Shown: in pieces, positions 49,614 through 62,699 of the stretch
How positions within the stretch are numbered: the first letter of the stretch is position 1
Layout of the letters: each line of letters opens with the position of its first letter
Source of the DNA: Podarcis liolepis
Lineage: Eukaryota
DNA: 64,000 nucleotides
Direction: 5' to 3' (one strand)
Assembly: GCA_965112155.1 (NCBI GenBank)
Contig: OZ218104.1
Made by a program: the position numbers and the translations under genes
Notes under the pieces: generated by a model
The model's database searches: none
What the model was told of the DNA's origin: nothing
What the model saw: the letters and a program-made list of their open reading frames with translations, nothing else

Positions 49614-51034
49614 CAGTGTTTCCCAACCTTTTTTGGGCAAAGGCACACTTGTTTCATGAAAAAAATCTCGAGGCACACCACCATTACAGCCCCGTGACGT
49701 CAGCGCGCAGCGTCACGCCGGGAGGGACATGAATTGCTAGCAAATTACATAATCACCTCCTTGAGGGCTGGCTCATCTTCTCCGAAGGCAGAACCCCATT
49801 AATTAACAGCACAGACTCACACCATAGCCAAGACGAAGGGGGGAAACCTCAGTCATGCACAGTCATGCACATGTGGGGGCTAAATGAGGACGAAGACCGG
49901 GCAGAGAGCAGGGTTCAAATCACCCCACCTGGCCAGGACAATCCCTGGGTGCTCCCTTGGGCCACTCGCCTGACCCACCTCGCAGGGCTGTTGTTGCGAG
50001 GATAACACGGGGAGAACCACGCGCGCCCCCGGGAGCTCCTTGGAGGAGAAAGCGGGCGATGAATGCAATGCACGAAATATATGAGAGGCGACCAGGTTTT
50101 GCAGGTGAGGGGCCCCCGCCAGCCTCCGCTTCCAACACCCAGCGCAACGACGCCGAAGTTTCCCCCCGGGCTCGGCTCAGAGAGCAGCGCTGCTCCCCCC
50201 GGCTCCCCTTCGCCCTCCCGGCTCTCTCTGCCGCCCACTGGGGACCCCCCTCACCTGCCAAGTCCGGAGCGCCGGTGGAAGTTGCATGCATGCATGCAGG
50301 GCGCTGCGTTGCCATTGCATTGCACTGCACTCCATGCAACGCCTGCACGCATGCATTGCCTTGCACGCCCACCAAGGGGTCTCCCCGCGGTCCGATGCGT
50401 CCCCTCCGGCGCGGATGCAGCATTGCAAAAATAAAAAACCCCCGACGCAGCCCTACCTGGGGGGCAGCCTCCGCCGCTCCGCCTCCGCGGGGATCCCCGG
50501 GCTCCATCCTGCTGCCCGATCTCCGCGGGGCGCAGGCAGGCTGCGCGGGGTCTGCGCGGAAGAGCCCCTGCCCGCCCGGCCGCCGCTGCTGCGCTCATTC
50601 CATGGCCGGGAGAAGAGCGCTTCAAACAAAACGCCCGGCCCGCCAGGCCACGCTGGGAAACGTAGTTTGTGCACCCCGCGCGGGCGCGGAGCCCAAGGGC
50701 GAGGGGACTACGGATCCCGGCAGCCCCCGCGCCGGGGACGGAGGGGGAGAGGCCGGGTGCAGGGATGGAGGGACGGGTGGGCGAGCGAGTGAGTGAGTGG
50801 CAGCCGCCAAGCCTTGGCTGAGAGCCAGGAAGGGCCTCCCCGGAGGAGGAGGAGGAGGGAGGCGCAGAGCGGGAGGGAGGGAGGGAACCCCAGGGGTCAT
50901 CTAGTGACGGCGCCCCAATCGAAAATTTGACTTTAAAAAAAAAATCTTTCGAATTTTTTAATTTTTTCCACGGCACACCAGGCAACATCTCGCGGCACAC
51001 TAGTGTGCCGCGGAACAGTGGTTGGGAAACACTG
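49614..51034. mobile_element. Non-autonomous hAT (Charlie-like) DNA transposon, 1421 bp
   Basis: 15-bp perfect TIR CAGTGTTTCCCAACC, perfect 8-bp TSD CTCTAGCC (49606-49613, 51035-51042), and repeated subterminal GGCACAC motifs at both ends. No transposase ORF. Confidence 0.93.
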
Positions 51035-52499
51035 CTCTAGCCTGATGGTTTTAGTCAGAGATGCTGGGAATTGATCCTGGGATGTTCTGCATGCTCTTAA
51101 AACCCTTCCCATACAGCTAAACCATATTATTATATTATTAATCTGAAAAAGTCTGCCTAACCACAAATGTTTTTGCCACATGGCAAAAACACGGTACGTG
51201 ATTGGTCCAACAGAGATTGGTTTCCTTCCCAACTTTCTTAAAACCTCTCAAAAGTTCAGACCTCCAACTACGACAGGGTTTTGAATGGGCTACATTAGAT
51301 ACCTGTTTTACTTTTTAAATTTTTCTCTTACTGCAAATGAAGTGGCTACTCTGTTCCTCTGCACCAAGAGATTCTCTGCCTGCGGACGTTTGGCTTGCCC
51401 GGGGCATCAGTTGGACACCTTTGCCGAACAGTTTAAAACGCCTGCTGAAATATTTGCCATTAACTGGTCCATTTTAATGTTGGGCAACTTGTTTCATAAT
51501 GACTGAACTTATTATTTGATTGTCGTGTTACATTATGAAATGATTTAGCTGTTGACTAGTATTGCAACGATATATTGATCTGCATTTTGTTGTTTGCTTG
51601 TGAGCAACTGTGAACATATTTATATGGAAAAGCTGACGGCACATTTAATAAATAAGAATAACAAAAAAATTCCTTTCTTTCGGTAAGTATCTGCACATGC
51701 AATTTTGTTGCACAGACTTGTTTTTTAATCAATCAATCAATCAATAAGCAAGCAAGCAAGCAAGCTGATTTTATTTATATTCTTAATGATTTTACTGGTG
51801 TTTTCTGATAAATGTTTCACACTGTCTTATGTAAACTAGCCACTATCAGTGGCTACTAACTTCACCTACACAGGTGGAGGCAGTAATGCTTCAGAATATC
51901 TGTTGCTGGAAACTGCAGGAAGGGAGAATTGCTGTTATGTTCAGGTCCTGCTTTCAGGCTCCCCACAGGCAAGCTTGCCCTCTTTACGTCTTTACCCTAG
52001 CCTCTGACACCTGAAATGTGTGTTTTCAAAGTGCACTCTAGTCTTCTGACTGTAATCTGTTTAAACTGTTATTTTTGTTTGGAATTCTAAATTGTCGTAA
52101 CCCACTCTGGGACCAGAAGGGCAGATAATAAATTTAGCCATCATCACCGGTCACTGTCAGAACAGGACGCAGGACTTGGTGGGTCACTCAGGGCCCTGAT
52201 CCAGTAGAACACCTCTAATGTTAAACTGCACATAGAAATATATACACATACACAAACAAATTTTTAAAAAGGCACACATGTTTCTATGTGCAGGGCTGTG
52301 TGTGTGTGTGGTAGTGGTTTGAAGGTGCGTAAAATCACATGAACCTTGACCGGTGATCTGATGTGGCCCAGCCCTAACAGAACTTGATCACCTCATCCAC
52401 TGTTAGTAGGAAGTAGACCTCATAAGAATGTTTGGGGCTCAGCTTCTGTTTATATTGGCCAATCTACCTCACCTGGGCTGGAGATAAAGGGATCAGAAC

Positions 52500-53820
52500 T
52501 TAATTTTCATTCCTTGAATAAAGATATATATTTATATATATATCTCCACATGGAAATAACAGAACACGAAAGGTTAAACCAATATGGAGTTTTACATTGC
52601 TGAAAGGGCATTTGCATCCCCAGCTGCCATGAATGCAATTCGCTTGTTTAATGAATTTTTTATGCTTATTTAATGAATTTCGCAAAGGTTTGCTGTGGTT
52701 TTCTTCTTCTTCTTGTTCTTCTTCATAAAATGGATAAGGACTTTCCAGAGGTTTTTTTTTATATGAAATAATAAAAGATGGAGCCAAAGTTATGAAAGGA
52801 ACAATCTCATTAGTTTGGTAGGATACAGCGATATGAAACCAGACCCATTCCTCAATTATTATGGGAGATCGGTTGCTCAAATTGTAACTTATTGTAATAG
52901 AATTGCAAATAATGCCTGTAGTTAAGATATCAGGAAAGACCTGATGGAAGGAAATTGCATTACAAAAAAATCCCACACACCCTGCAGGTAGCAATATGAT
53001 TAATATTTACCATACAAATGTGTGATTAAAGGTGCATTGTTTTTTTTTTTAATGAAGTCAAGCAAATTGAGATATTTTCATAGGGGATGTTCCTCTGAAC
53101 AAGGGTGTGTGTGTGTTCTCATCTCTTTTTCTCTAAACGCTGAGATATTTTATGTCATTTTGGGGACAATTTGTTTGAAAGAATCTCAGTGGCAGCAGTG
53201 TGATAGGGAGCATTCCATACCATTATATATTGCTAGAAAAAGAGGTACCGGAACTCACCATGAACACCTCCCTTGTTCTCTTATAATGGCAATGGTGCCC
53301 ACCTGAGAGGTGCTGGAACTGAGTTTTGGTGAGTGCCGGCTGAAAAAAAAGCCTTGGTCCTCCTGCTCTGTGCAGCTTTATGGCCAGGTTTTTTTTTTTT
53401 TCATGGAGCAAAGAATATCCACAATATTTGTGGGAAGGGAGGGGACTCCGTGAAAAATGGTACCGAATAAAATCTCAGCACACTGACCCTGTTGTTTTAA
53501 GCTCTGTGTGTGCTGTGCCAAAGCAGTGGGCGATGCTATTTCAGTGCTGAAAGATAAAATGAGACCTTCAAAATTAATGATCTTGCCTCATTAAAGATCT
53601 ACCGCGCCAGACTCTTCTAACTAATCTTATTAAGTATACACATGAAAGACACAACAAGCCACACTGGACAGCGGGATAATGGCCCATTGTCAATGGTTAT
53701 TAGTGGAAAAGGACAACCCCAAAGGCTTTTCCCTCCTCCCACCGAGGAAATGTCTCCCCCTCCCCAACTACTCAGCAGACAGCGAGGCTTCCTCTGCAAT
53801 GATGTCATTGGCCAGATAAT
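52500..53820. promoter_or_regulatory. Candidate conserved non-coding element cluster, interrupted by a MITE at about 53230-53356
   Basis: Long blocks with TTTAATGA x2, CATAAA, TTTATGGCC, AATTAATGA, TAATCTTATTA and CATTGTCAATG motifs, typical of vertebrate developmental enhancers. Confidence 0.55.
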
Positions 53821-54304
53821 ATGTGTTCCTCTGAAACAAGCAGACTTGCAAATGTATTTATTAGTATGCCCATTTCCACTCTCAGTGCCTTAGCCGAGAC
53901 TAATTTTTTGGCAATATTTTTCCCCTTTAAGAAAAGGGAGACTGAGTGTGGAGGAGGAATTTGGTTCAGGTCACATTGTCTTGTGAAAGTCACATTAATT
54001 CACACTTCACCAAAGGTCACTCCTGGGGCGTTGTCAGTTTGAGCCCTCAAATTCTGATGAGGAGTGGGAGGCAGCTAAGGATGAGGGCTTGGAAAGGGAG
54101 GAAAGAGACTATGCAACAGACCTTGCTTGATGACGATTCCCAGAGCCCCCAAACATGATGGGAACCCCCAGACCTGACAGCCAGTAGAGGATAGGAGAGG
54201 TGTCTGGGGCACAGCCTGCTGTGATAGAGTTGTTACGTTCTGAGGAAGAGGCATGTCCAATGATCTCACCCAGGGAGAGACAGCACATCAAGAGGAGACA
54301 TACC

Positions 54305-54826
54305 TGTCAGGGTTCAGGGACTTGGCTTTCTCCCCCGCCCCCTGGTTGTAGATAAGCAGGACAAAGAGAAAAGAGTCACTTACCATTTAAACAGTATTTA
54401 ATGATCACAGTAAAAGAACAAAGCAGCCATCCTCAGAATGAAGGTGCTCCCAATTAAGGTTTCCACCCACTCCCCCCCCCAGTCACTTCCATGTCTTGCA
54501 ACCTGATCTTGCAATCACTGTGCTCTTTGTGTAGCCACCTTATCTGCTCTACATGACCTTGGACTGATAGGCTGGACGCTTTCCAGCGAGAGAGAGTCTG
54601 TTAGCTCTCTCTCTCTTCCAGTTCTTCTTCACTTTGCTGTTCACCTCCCAGTTTGTCCCAAGTTTTGTCTTCAGAACTATGCCCCTCTGCAAACCACTGT
54701 TCCAAATCTGTACTGCTGCACGGCTGGTGGGCAGTTTCAGGATCCTGGTCGGGAGCAGGGGGAGGGGGAGGCTCCCACCATTCTTCATCAGAGCTGTACT
54801 CCTCAGCCTGGTCTCTGAGAGTCACA
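54305..54826 (-). mobile_element. LTR-like element
   Basis: TGT...ACA ends, ATTAAA near the 3' end on the minus strand, and a purine-rich pseudo-ORF inside. No TSD found. Confidence 0.4.
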
Positions 54827-56706
54827 CAAGTAGCTGGGTCTTCTTTACCTCTGCTTGGCAGTGGGGAAGGGAAACCTGTTGGAACAGCATCACAGCTCCA
54901 ATGCAGTCTTGGCTTCCTTGGTTGTATGCACACAGCAGTTGATTCTATTTCCTCCCAACCTTTCCTGGTTAATTTCCATGTTATATTTGAACTGTCACAA
55001 GATGTACAATAAACATCTGGAATTCTGGTGAAATATAGTGGAAGTTGAGTTCTCATTTCCATGTTGATTGTGTCTAGTAGGCAGGGAGAAACCTGTTTGC
55101 AACCCCATAAACATTGAAAATCATGGGAACAGAAGCACTCGAGTGAAGAAACGGGGTAGGGGGAGCAGCAATGTTGTCCAATCAAGTTTGTTGCTGCGTC
55201 ACACCACATTTCATTACAAAATAAAACAGACGTGCTAGTATTATAATCAGGAAAACTGACAGAATATTTCCCATGTCAGAATGCACACTTATTGTTGCTT
55301 TCCCCCTGTCCTGTAAGACCACCTGCTCTTTCCTAGCTGCTGAATTTGCACCATTCAACTGCTATAATAAAAGGTGACTTCAATACTTACAAATAAATGA
55401 CTCTGGTGTGGACAGGTGTGAAGTGGAGCTATTCCACTGCCAAATGAACTCTCACAAGGCTGTGATCCCACAGTGGGGTGGGCCAGTGGCAGATCTTGGC
55501 ATCTCAAATTTCAGTGGCACCATGTGTGATGCAAAAGTCTGGTGCCTCTCACCTTCTGTTGGATTTCATAGTTGCAGTGCCTGCTGCTGCACCCCAGAAA
55601 CTCTGCACCTGGTGCAACTGAACAGGTCGTGTTCACCTAGCTCTGCCTTTGGGCGAGGGAGAGAAATGTGATTGAGTTTACGTTTACAGGCAGCGCTACC
55701 TGATTTGCACATTGGGAAACAATATACAAAGCAAGACACATCCATTCCTCAAAATTCACGCTTCAGTCAATTTTGCAATGAATTTTCCCCAGCCAAGAAA
55801 TGCATAACAAAATGCATATATGCACAAAAATGCATATATATTAGTGAAAAAAACATATACTATTGCATATACATACGTGTGTGTGTGCGCACTTTGCAAA
55901 AATGTATATATCACTGCCCACGTAAACCAACAAATGTATGGAAAGAGAACCTCACACATATACACTAATTTTTTTTTGTTTTTCCAACTTGGTATAAGTT
56001 TATCACCCACCCTCTCCCACCCACTCTCTCCCCTGACCTCTGGATACATATTGTCTTACACTGAACGTAACCAAAATACTTTATAATCTGAGGAACAACA
56101 ACAAAGGATACTTTGCATGTTCTCTTGTAGTTCATGAAAATCTTTAATAAAAATATTTTTTCAAAAATATACATCAGGCAAAATTGCATACAGATCTGTA
56201 TGTCAAATTCTCACTAAACATGGAGGAAGAACTTACTGATGGTAAGAGCAGTTTGACAGTGGGCTACCTCAGAAGGTGTGGAGTCTCCTTCATCCGAGGT
56301 TTTCAAGGAGAGGTTGGAGGGCCGGCTGCATTTCATAGTGATTCCTGCATTGCAGGGGGTTGGACTAGGTGATTCTACAATACAATCATTCTCTTAGGAG
56401 AAATTTGGACTAAAACGCTGGTGATTTTTTTTTTAATACTACTAATAAAATCACAAACCGATGTGGGAATCTGGGGAACTGAACTTAAGATTGGTAAAAT
56501 GGGAAAGTGATATTATTGATAATCTGTTTCTCTGTCTGTTTACCTACACACACATTTTATTTTATTTTTTAAAATTTATTTTTATTAAAGATTTTCTTGG
56601 TTTTACAAAAGTACACAACTTGTCTCCTCTTTCAGGCTGTACAGTCTTTCTTACAGATCAATTACATTTGTTGTGAGACTTTGGTGTTGAGTACAGTGTA
56701 AGGTTG

Positions 56707-57064
56707 GGGATGTGGGTGGCGCTGTGGGTTAAACCACAGAGCCTAGGACTTGCCGATCAGAAGGTCAGCGGTTCGAATCCCCGCGACGGGGTGAGCTCCC
56801 GTTGCTCGGTCCCTGCTCCTGCCAACCTAGCAGTTTGAAAGCACGTCAAAGGGCAAGTAGATAAATAGGTACCGCTCCGGCGGGAAGGTAAACGGCGTTT
56901 CCGTGCGCTGCTCTGGTTCGCCAGAAGTGGCTTAGTCATGCTGGCCACATGACCTGGAAGCTGTATGCCAGCTCCCTCGGCCAATAAAGCGAGATGAGCG
57001 CCACAACCCCAGAGTCGGTCACGACTGGACCTAATGGTCAGGGGTCCCTTTACCTTTACCTTTA
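56707..57064 (+). mobile_element. Full-length Sauria SINE
   Basis: B box ggttcgaatcc and (CCTTTA)n tail. Direct repeat TACAGTGTAAGGTTGGGG at 56692-56709 and 57063-57080 is the TSD. Confidence 0.94.
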
Positions 57065-57469
57065 CAGTGTAAGGTTGGGGAAGAAGAGGGTAAGGCGGGG
57101 AGAGGAGGGGTGGGGTGGTGAGGCTTATATTCTTTTGTATAGTGTATGCTACACACACATTTTAGACACCTTTCTTAGCACGTCCAAATTTCTCCCTGCT
57201 TGTGGGCAAACCAGGTAAGCAGGATGCTTTCTAGACCCCCCCCCAAGAAACTCAGTATGCTCCTGAACTGCTCCCAACAGTTTGGGTCATGCTGATATCA
57301 GAGCTCTGACATCAGTTGGGCCATGATGTCAGAGGCTTCAGCACTGCTCTGCGGTGGAAGAAGGATATGAGATTTCCAGGGCCCCTGGGTTGCCCTCCCA
57401 AGGACCATAGGCTTGCAACTTAAGTCTGTATCATGGCTCTGTAATACAGCAGAAGACCTACTCTGTGAC

Positions 57470-58290
57470 ATACTCAGCCAAACAGTTAATCAAGCCTTGC
57501 ACATTCCTTGCAGCTTTTGTTCTGACCACCCTGGCCCTCTTGGCCTTTTTAATAGAGCTGTTAAATGTCAAAACAGGTTTGCCTAACATGCTGGTGTTTT
57601 AATTTGCAGCACGGAATAAGTACCTTTTTCAATCTAATGTAAACATTTATTGGATAGTATATTCTTGGCAGTGGGGGTGAGGGGGTTAAAGCAGAGAGAG
57701 AAATATTTAGCCAGCCATTAATTTCTGGCCATAAAGGGAGCTTTTGAAGAGCTTGCGTTAATTTCTCCGAATCGAAATTGCACTTTTCAACACTGAGGCT
57801 ACTGTGATTGCAAATAGCCTCCCCTCTTCCCAGGTGACTGCACTTGACAGCACCGAGCCTCCCCAGGTGAGCTCTGGGGGAAACGGGGCAGCGTTGTTTT
57901 TTTGTTTGAAAAAGCTAAGGACGTAAAATGTAAAGTAGTGGAAAGAAAAACACAGAGAGTAGGAAATTGGAACAGTTAACTTGTGGAGGTTAATGAGAGC
58001 ATGGAAAGAAAATAGCACCTTGACTCGCTAAACTGGAGCATTACTGAAGGAAGCAACCCGTCCTCCTTTTTTCAAGGAAATAAGTAATAGCCTCACACAT
58101 GGGAAGCTTTCAGTTTGCATTTTTGAATGCCTCTGGGGGGTACAGTATTTCTTGCTTCTTCTTTTTTAAAAAAATAAAAACAAAACAAGCTTTCAGGGCC
58201 AATTTTATTTTGAAACTGCTACAACGGCAATTAATCAGTCTTGTATTATATCAGCATGCAGACTCTGGAACTCCCTGCCTATTGATATCA
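57470..58290. promoter_or_regulatory. Candidate conserved non-coding element
   Basis: Repeat-free. Motifs include GTAAACA (Fox), CCATTAATTT, GGCCATAAA (Hox-like), TGTCAAA and CAATTAATCA. Confidence 0.5.
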
Positions 58291-58705
58291 GCCTTGACTG
58301 TACTTTTTGGTGCCTGCTAAAAACATATTTGCTTAGGCAAGCCTATCCAAATCAGCATGTATTTTTACCTGTTTTTTAAAGCTTATTGTTGATTCTATTT
58401 ATTTTTTTAAAACTGTTTTAAATACAGGCTCATTTTTTTAAAAAAACAGTTTCATTGTTTTATTCTTCCTGTGAACCCCTTTGAGGCTTTTTAAAATAAT
58501 AATAATAATCAAGTGGTACATAATTTTTGCAAAATAGATCAATAAACATTATTATTATTATTATTTGATTTTAAAAAATCGAGGAAGCGATGTAGCTCAG
58601 TGGCAGATCATCTGCCTTGCGTGCAAAAGGTCCCACCTTCCATTCCTGGTGTCTCTAGTAAAGTTGAGAGGATCTCTTGCCTGAAACACTGGAGAGCCAC
58701 TGCCA

Positions 58706-59542
58706 CTTTGTTTACTTTTTTAAAAAAAATAATAATATTAGGTTTTCCACAGTTATAACAAATATCACATAACAAAACAACAAACAAAAACAAGACAAAA
58801 AGATAGATCAAAAAAAAAAAAACAATACGAAAACCATCCTACCCACCACCATAATGAATAAACAATAAAAACAAGTTTAATTCTTTAAAGATCCAACCTT
58901 ATGTTCATATTAATTGACTTCCTCCAGTCCCTCCCTTCTGAGTTTCCTTGTGTATGAATGTAACAGCTTTCCAATATCATTATTAAACCCAAAAAAATTC
59001 ATTTATAGTCTAACTTATTCACTTTTCTTACCGTTCTAAATCCCATTTATTTAATTAAATCCTAATTTAATCCTAGGCCTATTTGGCACTTTCAAGTGAT
59101 TTCTAATTTTTTATATTACAATGTTTATTCAAATAGTCCTTAAATTTCTTCCAATCTTCTTGATACTCCTCTTCTTTCTGGTCGCGGATTCCTCCAGTCA
59201 GGTCAGCTAGCTCCAAACAGTCCATCATCTTCATCTGCCAGTCTTCCACAGTTGGTACTTCTTGTGTTTTCCAATTCTTAGCTAGTAAGATTCGAGCCGC
59301 CGTAGTGGCATACAAAAATAATTTAACATCTTTCTTGGGCAATTCCAGACCTGTTATTCCAAGAAGAAAGGCCTCTGGTTTCTTAATAAATGTATATCTC
59401 AACATTTTTTTTCAATTCATTATAAATCTTCTCCCAGAAGTCTTTCACTTTGGGGCAAGTCCACCAAATATGAAAAAAGTACCTTCTTTTTCTTTACATT
59501 TCCAACAGAGATTATCACTATTATGGTAAATCTTTGCTAAAA
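58706..59542 (-). mobile_element. 5'-truncated L1/Tx1-clade LINE inserted into a Squam3-type SINE
   Basis: ORF 59103..59405 is homologous to 20575..21027 (KKPEAFLLG, TAARILLA..WK..E.PTVE.W). The SINE head lies at 58588-58705 and its body resumes at about 59543. Confidence 0.85.
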
Positions 59543-59764
59543 TTAGTTTAGACAATACTGAGATAGGTGGACCAGTCATTTGAGCTTCCTAGGTTCCTAA
59601 TAATGTTTGCTCTGATTCAGCTTTAAAGAATGGGTTTCATGTGAAAAGCTTGAGGCAACAAAACAAAACACAAAACCACACGCTTAGATATGGAGTGTTA
59701 AAGTGCAGACCTCTGCCTGCAAAGAGCAGGGCAAAAGGTAGGTGTGGATAAGCCCAGAGTCAAG

Positions 59765-59890
59765 GCACATGGTCCTTCTAGCTCAGTATTGTCTACACTG
59801 ACTGGCAGCAGCTTTCCAGGGGTTGAGACAGGGTACCTGGAGATGCTGAGGACTGAACCTGGGACTGAATCACACAGCTCCATTCCTGAG
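59765..59890 (-). mobile_element. tRNA-derived SINE (Squam3-type)
   Basis: Reverse complement of the family body (ctagctcagtattgtctacactgactggcagc). Confidence 0.7.
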
Positions 59891-60561
59891 CCATGTGCTT
59901 CTGAGCAGGGATTAGGGATGTTGAGAAAGCACTTTGTCTCTAATTTTGTCCGATCCATTGTACAACATCTGTGTGTTTGGTTTTTCCTGCCTGTCTGTTT
60001 CCTGGCCACTTTTCCAAAAGAAACCCCCCCAAAAAAACACACACCATGGATTAGGAGATGCATAGCGTGTGGTTCATGAAACAGTGCTTCTGTAAAGCAT
60101 ACTGAGTTGGAGGATGTTAACTTCTAGTGAATTTGTTCCGCGAGACAGGAAAAGTAAAGACCTGTGTGAATGTAAAATAACAGCTTTAATCAAAGGAAGA
60201 AACAAGAGTGATGCTGTAACCTTTGCAAAACTGGGTAGGTGGGTGGAGGGTGGAACCCTTCTGATGGGCTCGTGCCTAGTGTTTTCTTTGTAGCTGGTTC
60301 CAGAGCCTAGACCATCTGTTCCTTGTTGTAGGTTGTTAAGTTGAATGCACTGCCAATACAAATAGCCATGCTCAATGTTTGTTTGCATAAATTGTTTTGA
60401 AAGCTTCGCGACGAATTTTGAGGATTATGTGAAGGGAGAGAGGGCGGTGTGGAGGATGGAAGGGAATATAAATGCGGGGATGCGCACTGCAAGTCGTACA
60501 TTTGCTATAGGAAGTGTAATAATCAAATCAAACCAGCCACAATTGTATGATTCTAAAGATG

Positions 60562-60614
<53 letters not shown>

Positions 60615-61022
60615 TTATACATACATACATACATGCATACCCCACCCATCTGACTGGGCTTTCCCAGCCACTCTGGGTGGCTTCTAACAAAATATTAAAA
60701 ATGCAATAAAACACTAGTCATTAAAAACTTCCCTAAACAGGGCTGCCTTCAGATGTCTTCTAAAAGTCAGGTAGTTGTTTATTTCCTTGACATCTGATGG
60801 GAGGGCATTCCACAGGGCGGGCGCCACAACTGAGAAGCCCCTCTGCTTGGTTCCCTGTAGCTTTACTTTTCATAGTGAGGGAACCACCAAAAGACCCTAG
60901 GCACTGGACCTCAGTTTCCGGGCTGTGCGATGGGGGTGGAGACGCTCCTTCAGGTATACTGGACCGAGGCTGTTTAGGGTGTTAAAGGTCAGCACCAATG
61001 CTTCGAATTGTGTTCGGAAACG
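60562..61022 (-). mobile_element. L2-type LINE 3' end with (AAT)n tail
   Basis: Reverse complement of the 14865-15272 family. Confidence 0.75.
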
Positions 61023-62699
61023 TAAGATGAGCCTGCTAGATCAGATCATCTAGCCCAGCATCCTGTTCTCACAATGAACAACCAGATGCCCCAGTGGGAA
61101 GCCAGCAAACAGGACATAAGGGCAACCAACTCTTCCTGCTTACAATTCCCAGCAACTAGTTTTCAAGGTGCAATGCCTCAGATGCTGGAGGTAATTTACA
61201 GTCACACAACTAGTATCTATTGATAGCCTTATCCTCCACAAATCTGTCAGATACCTGTCATCAAGTTGGTAGCTATCATCATATCTTGTGGTAGTGGATT
61301 TCATATTTTAACTATGCAGTATATTGTGTGTATGTATGTGTCTGTGTGTGTGTGTATGTTTGTGTGTGTTCGGGGGGGGGGGTTACTTCTTCTTGTTTCT
61401 CCTGCATTTATCTTTGTTGGATTCTAGGTTGGTTGGCAATGGTGTTCCTTGGCTGAGGGATATTCTCCCTAGTGAGATTCACCTGTCTCCTTCATCATTA
61501 ACTTTCAGGAGTAATGTGAAAATGTTCCTTTTCACCCAGGCATTGGTGGCTGAAGGGTAGTTACTGTTCCTGGTAACCCCATGGTCATTGGATGGGTTGT
61601 TGTTGTTTAAATTGCAAGTGCTTTTAGATGTTTTAAAATCATAATTGATTTCTCATAACATTTTAACTGTTTTAGATGTTTTGCTTTGTTTTTATTTTTA
61701 AACTGTGAATGTTTGCTACCCTGGGCTCCTTGGGGGAAGAAGGGCAGGGTAGGGTATAAATTCAATATATCAATAAATAATGGAGAAAAGTTTTTCCCTA
61801 TCCACTTTCTCCCCACCAAGCATCAGTTTATACTTGTATGTCATATCCCACCCTTTACTTGCTCCCCCAACTTAAAACAGTAAAACAACTAAACCTAAAC
61901 TGGGAGTGCTTCCAGACTGTTACTCTTTCACAGGAGGGATCGAAGCTCATGCCATATATTTAGGTTTGTACAATTAAAGGGAATCTAAACATTCTGTCGT
62001 GCTAGTGCAACAAATCCACTTTTTCAAAGAAATGGACTGTTTGCAGGTAGGAAAGTGACAGAAAAGTGCATTGAACAGGGTGGATTAGTGAAGACACACC
62101 GCAAGCAGATCAGGATGAATGCACTTTGTTGTATAATTTCTCCAGAAACAAATCAAAATGATTGCTGAATAAAGGCCAGATTGAGGCCTCATCTACACTA
62201 TACATTTAAAACACTCTCACACCACTTTGAACAGTTGTGGCTTCTCTCAAAGAATTCTGGGAAGTGGCGTTTGCTAAGGAAGCTGAGAGTTGTTACAGAC
62301 CTGCAATTCCCAGAATATCCTAAGAAGCGGGATTGTGTATTAAACCACTGCAACTCCAATAATGCCTGGAACATTGGCCATGCTTACTGGGAGCGGAGGA
62401 GAGCTGTATCTCTGCGGCATCTGTTGCACCAAAATACCTTGTTTAATCCCCTTTTAAGCAATTTAAGAAATCAGCCATCAGAACATCTAGTGGCAGGGAG
62501 CCAGTACAGATTCTTGCATAACTCCTTTGGGGGGGGGGACATGTGTTCAGCCCTTCACGGGTCTCATTTAACCAGTGTCAAGTGAGCTCCTCCAAAACCC
62601 TTCATGCTCTTTTCAAAAGGAGGCTTTTCTGGATTGCAAGTGGCCACGCCCTCTTCTCTTCTAGAGCATGCAAAAATACCCTGTCCTAAGGGTTAGAGG

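Noticed and set aside
49915-51000. Long overlapping ORFs (279, 249, 195 and 168 aa)
   Set aside because: They lie inside a TIR/TSD-bounded hAT element. The low-complexity R/G/P/A translations in several frames reflect high GC, and there is no transposase or other recognisable domain.
54601-55209. 202-aa ORF with acidic, Pro-rich C-terminus
   Set aside because: It straddles an LTR-like repeat boundary, has no recognisable domain and no convincing splice structure.
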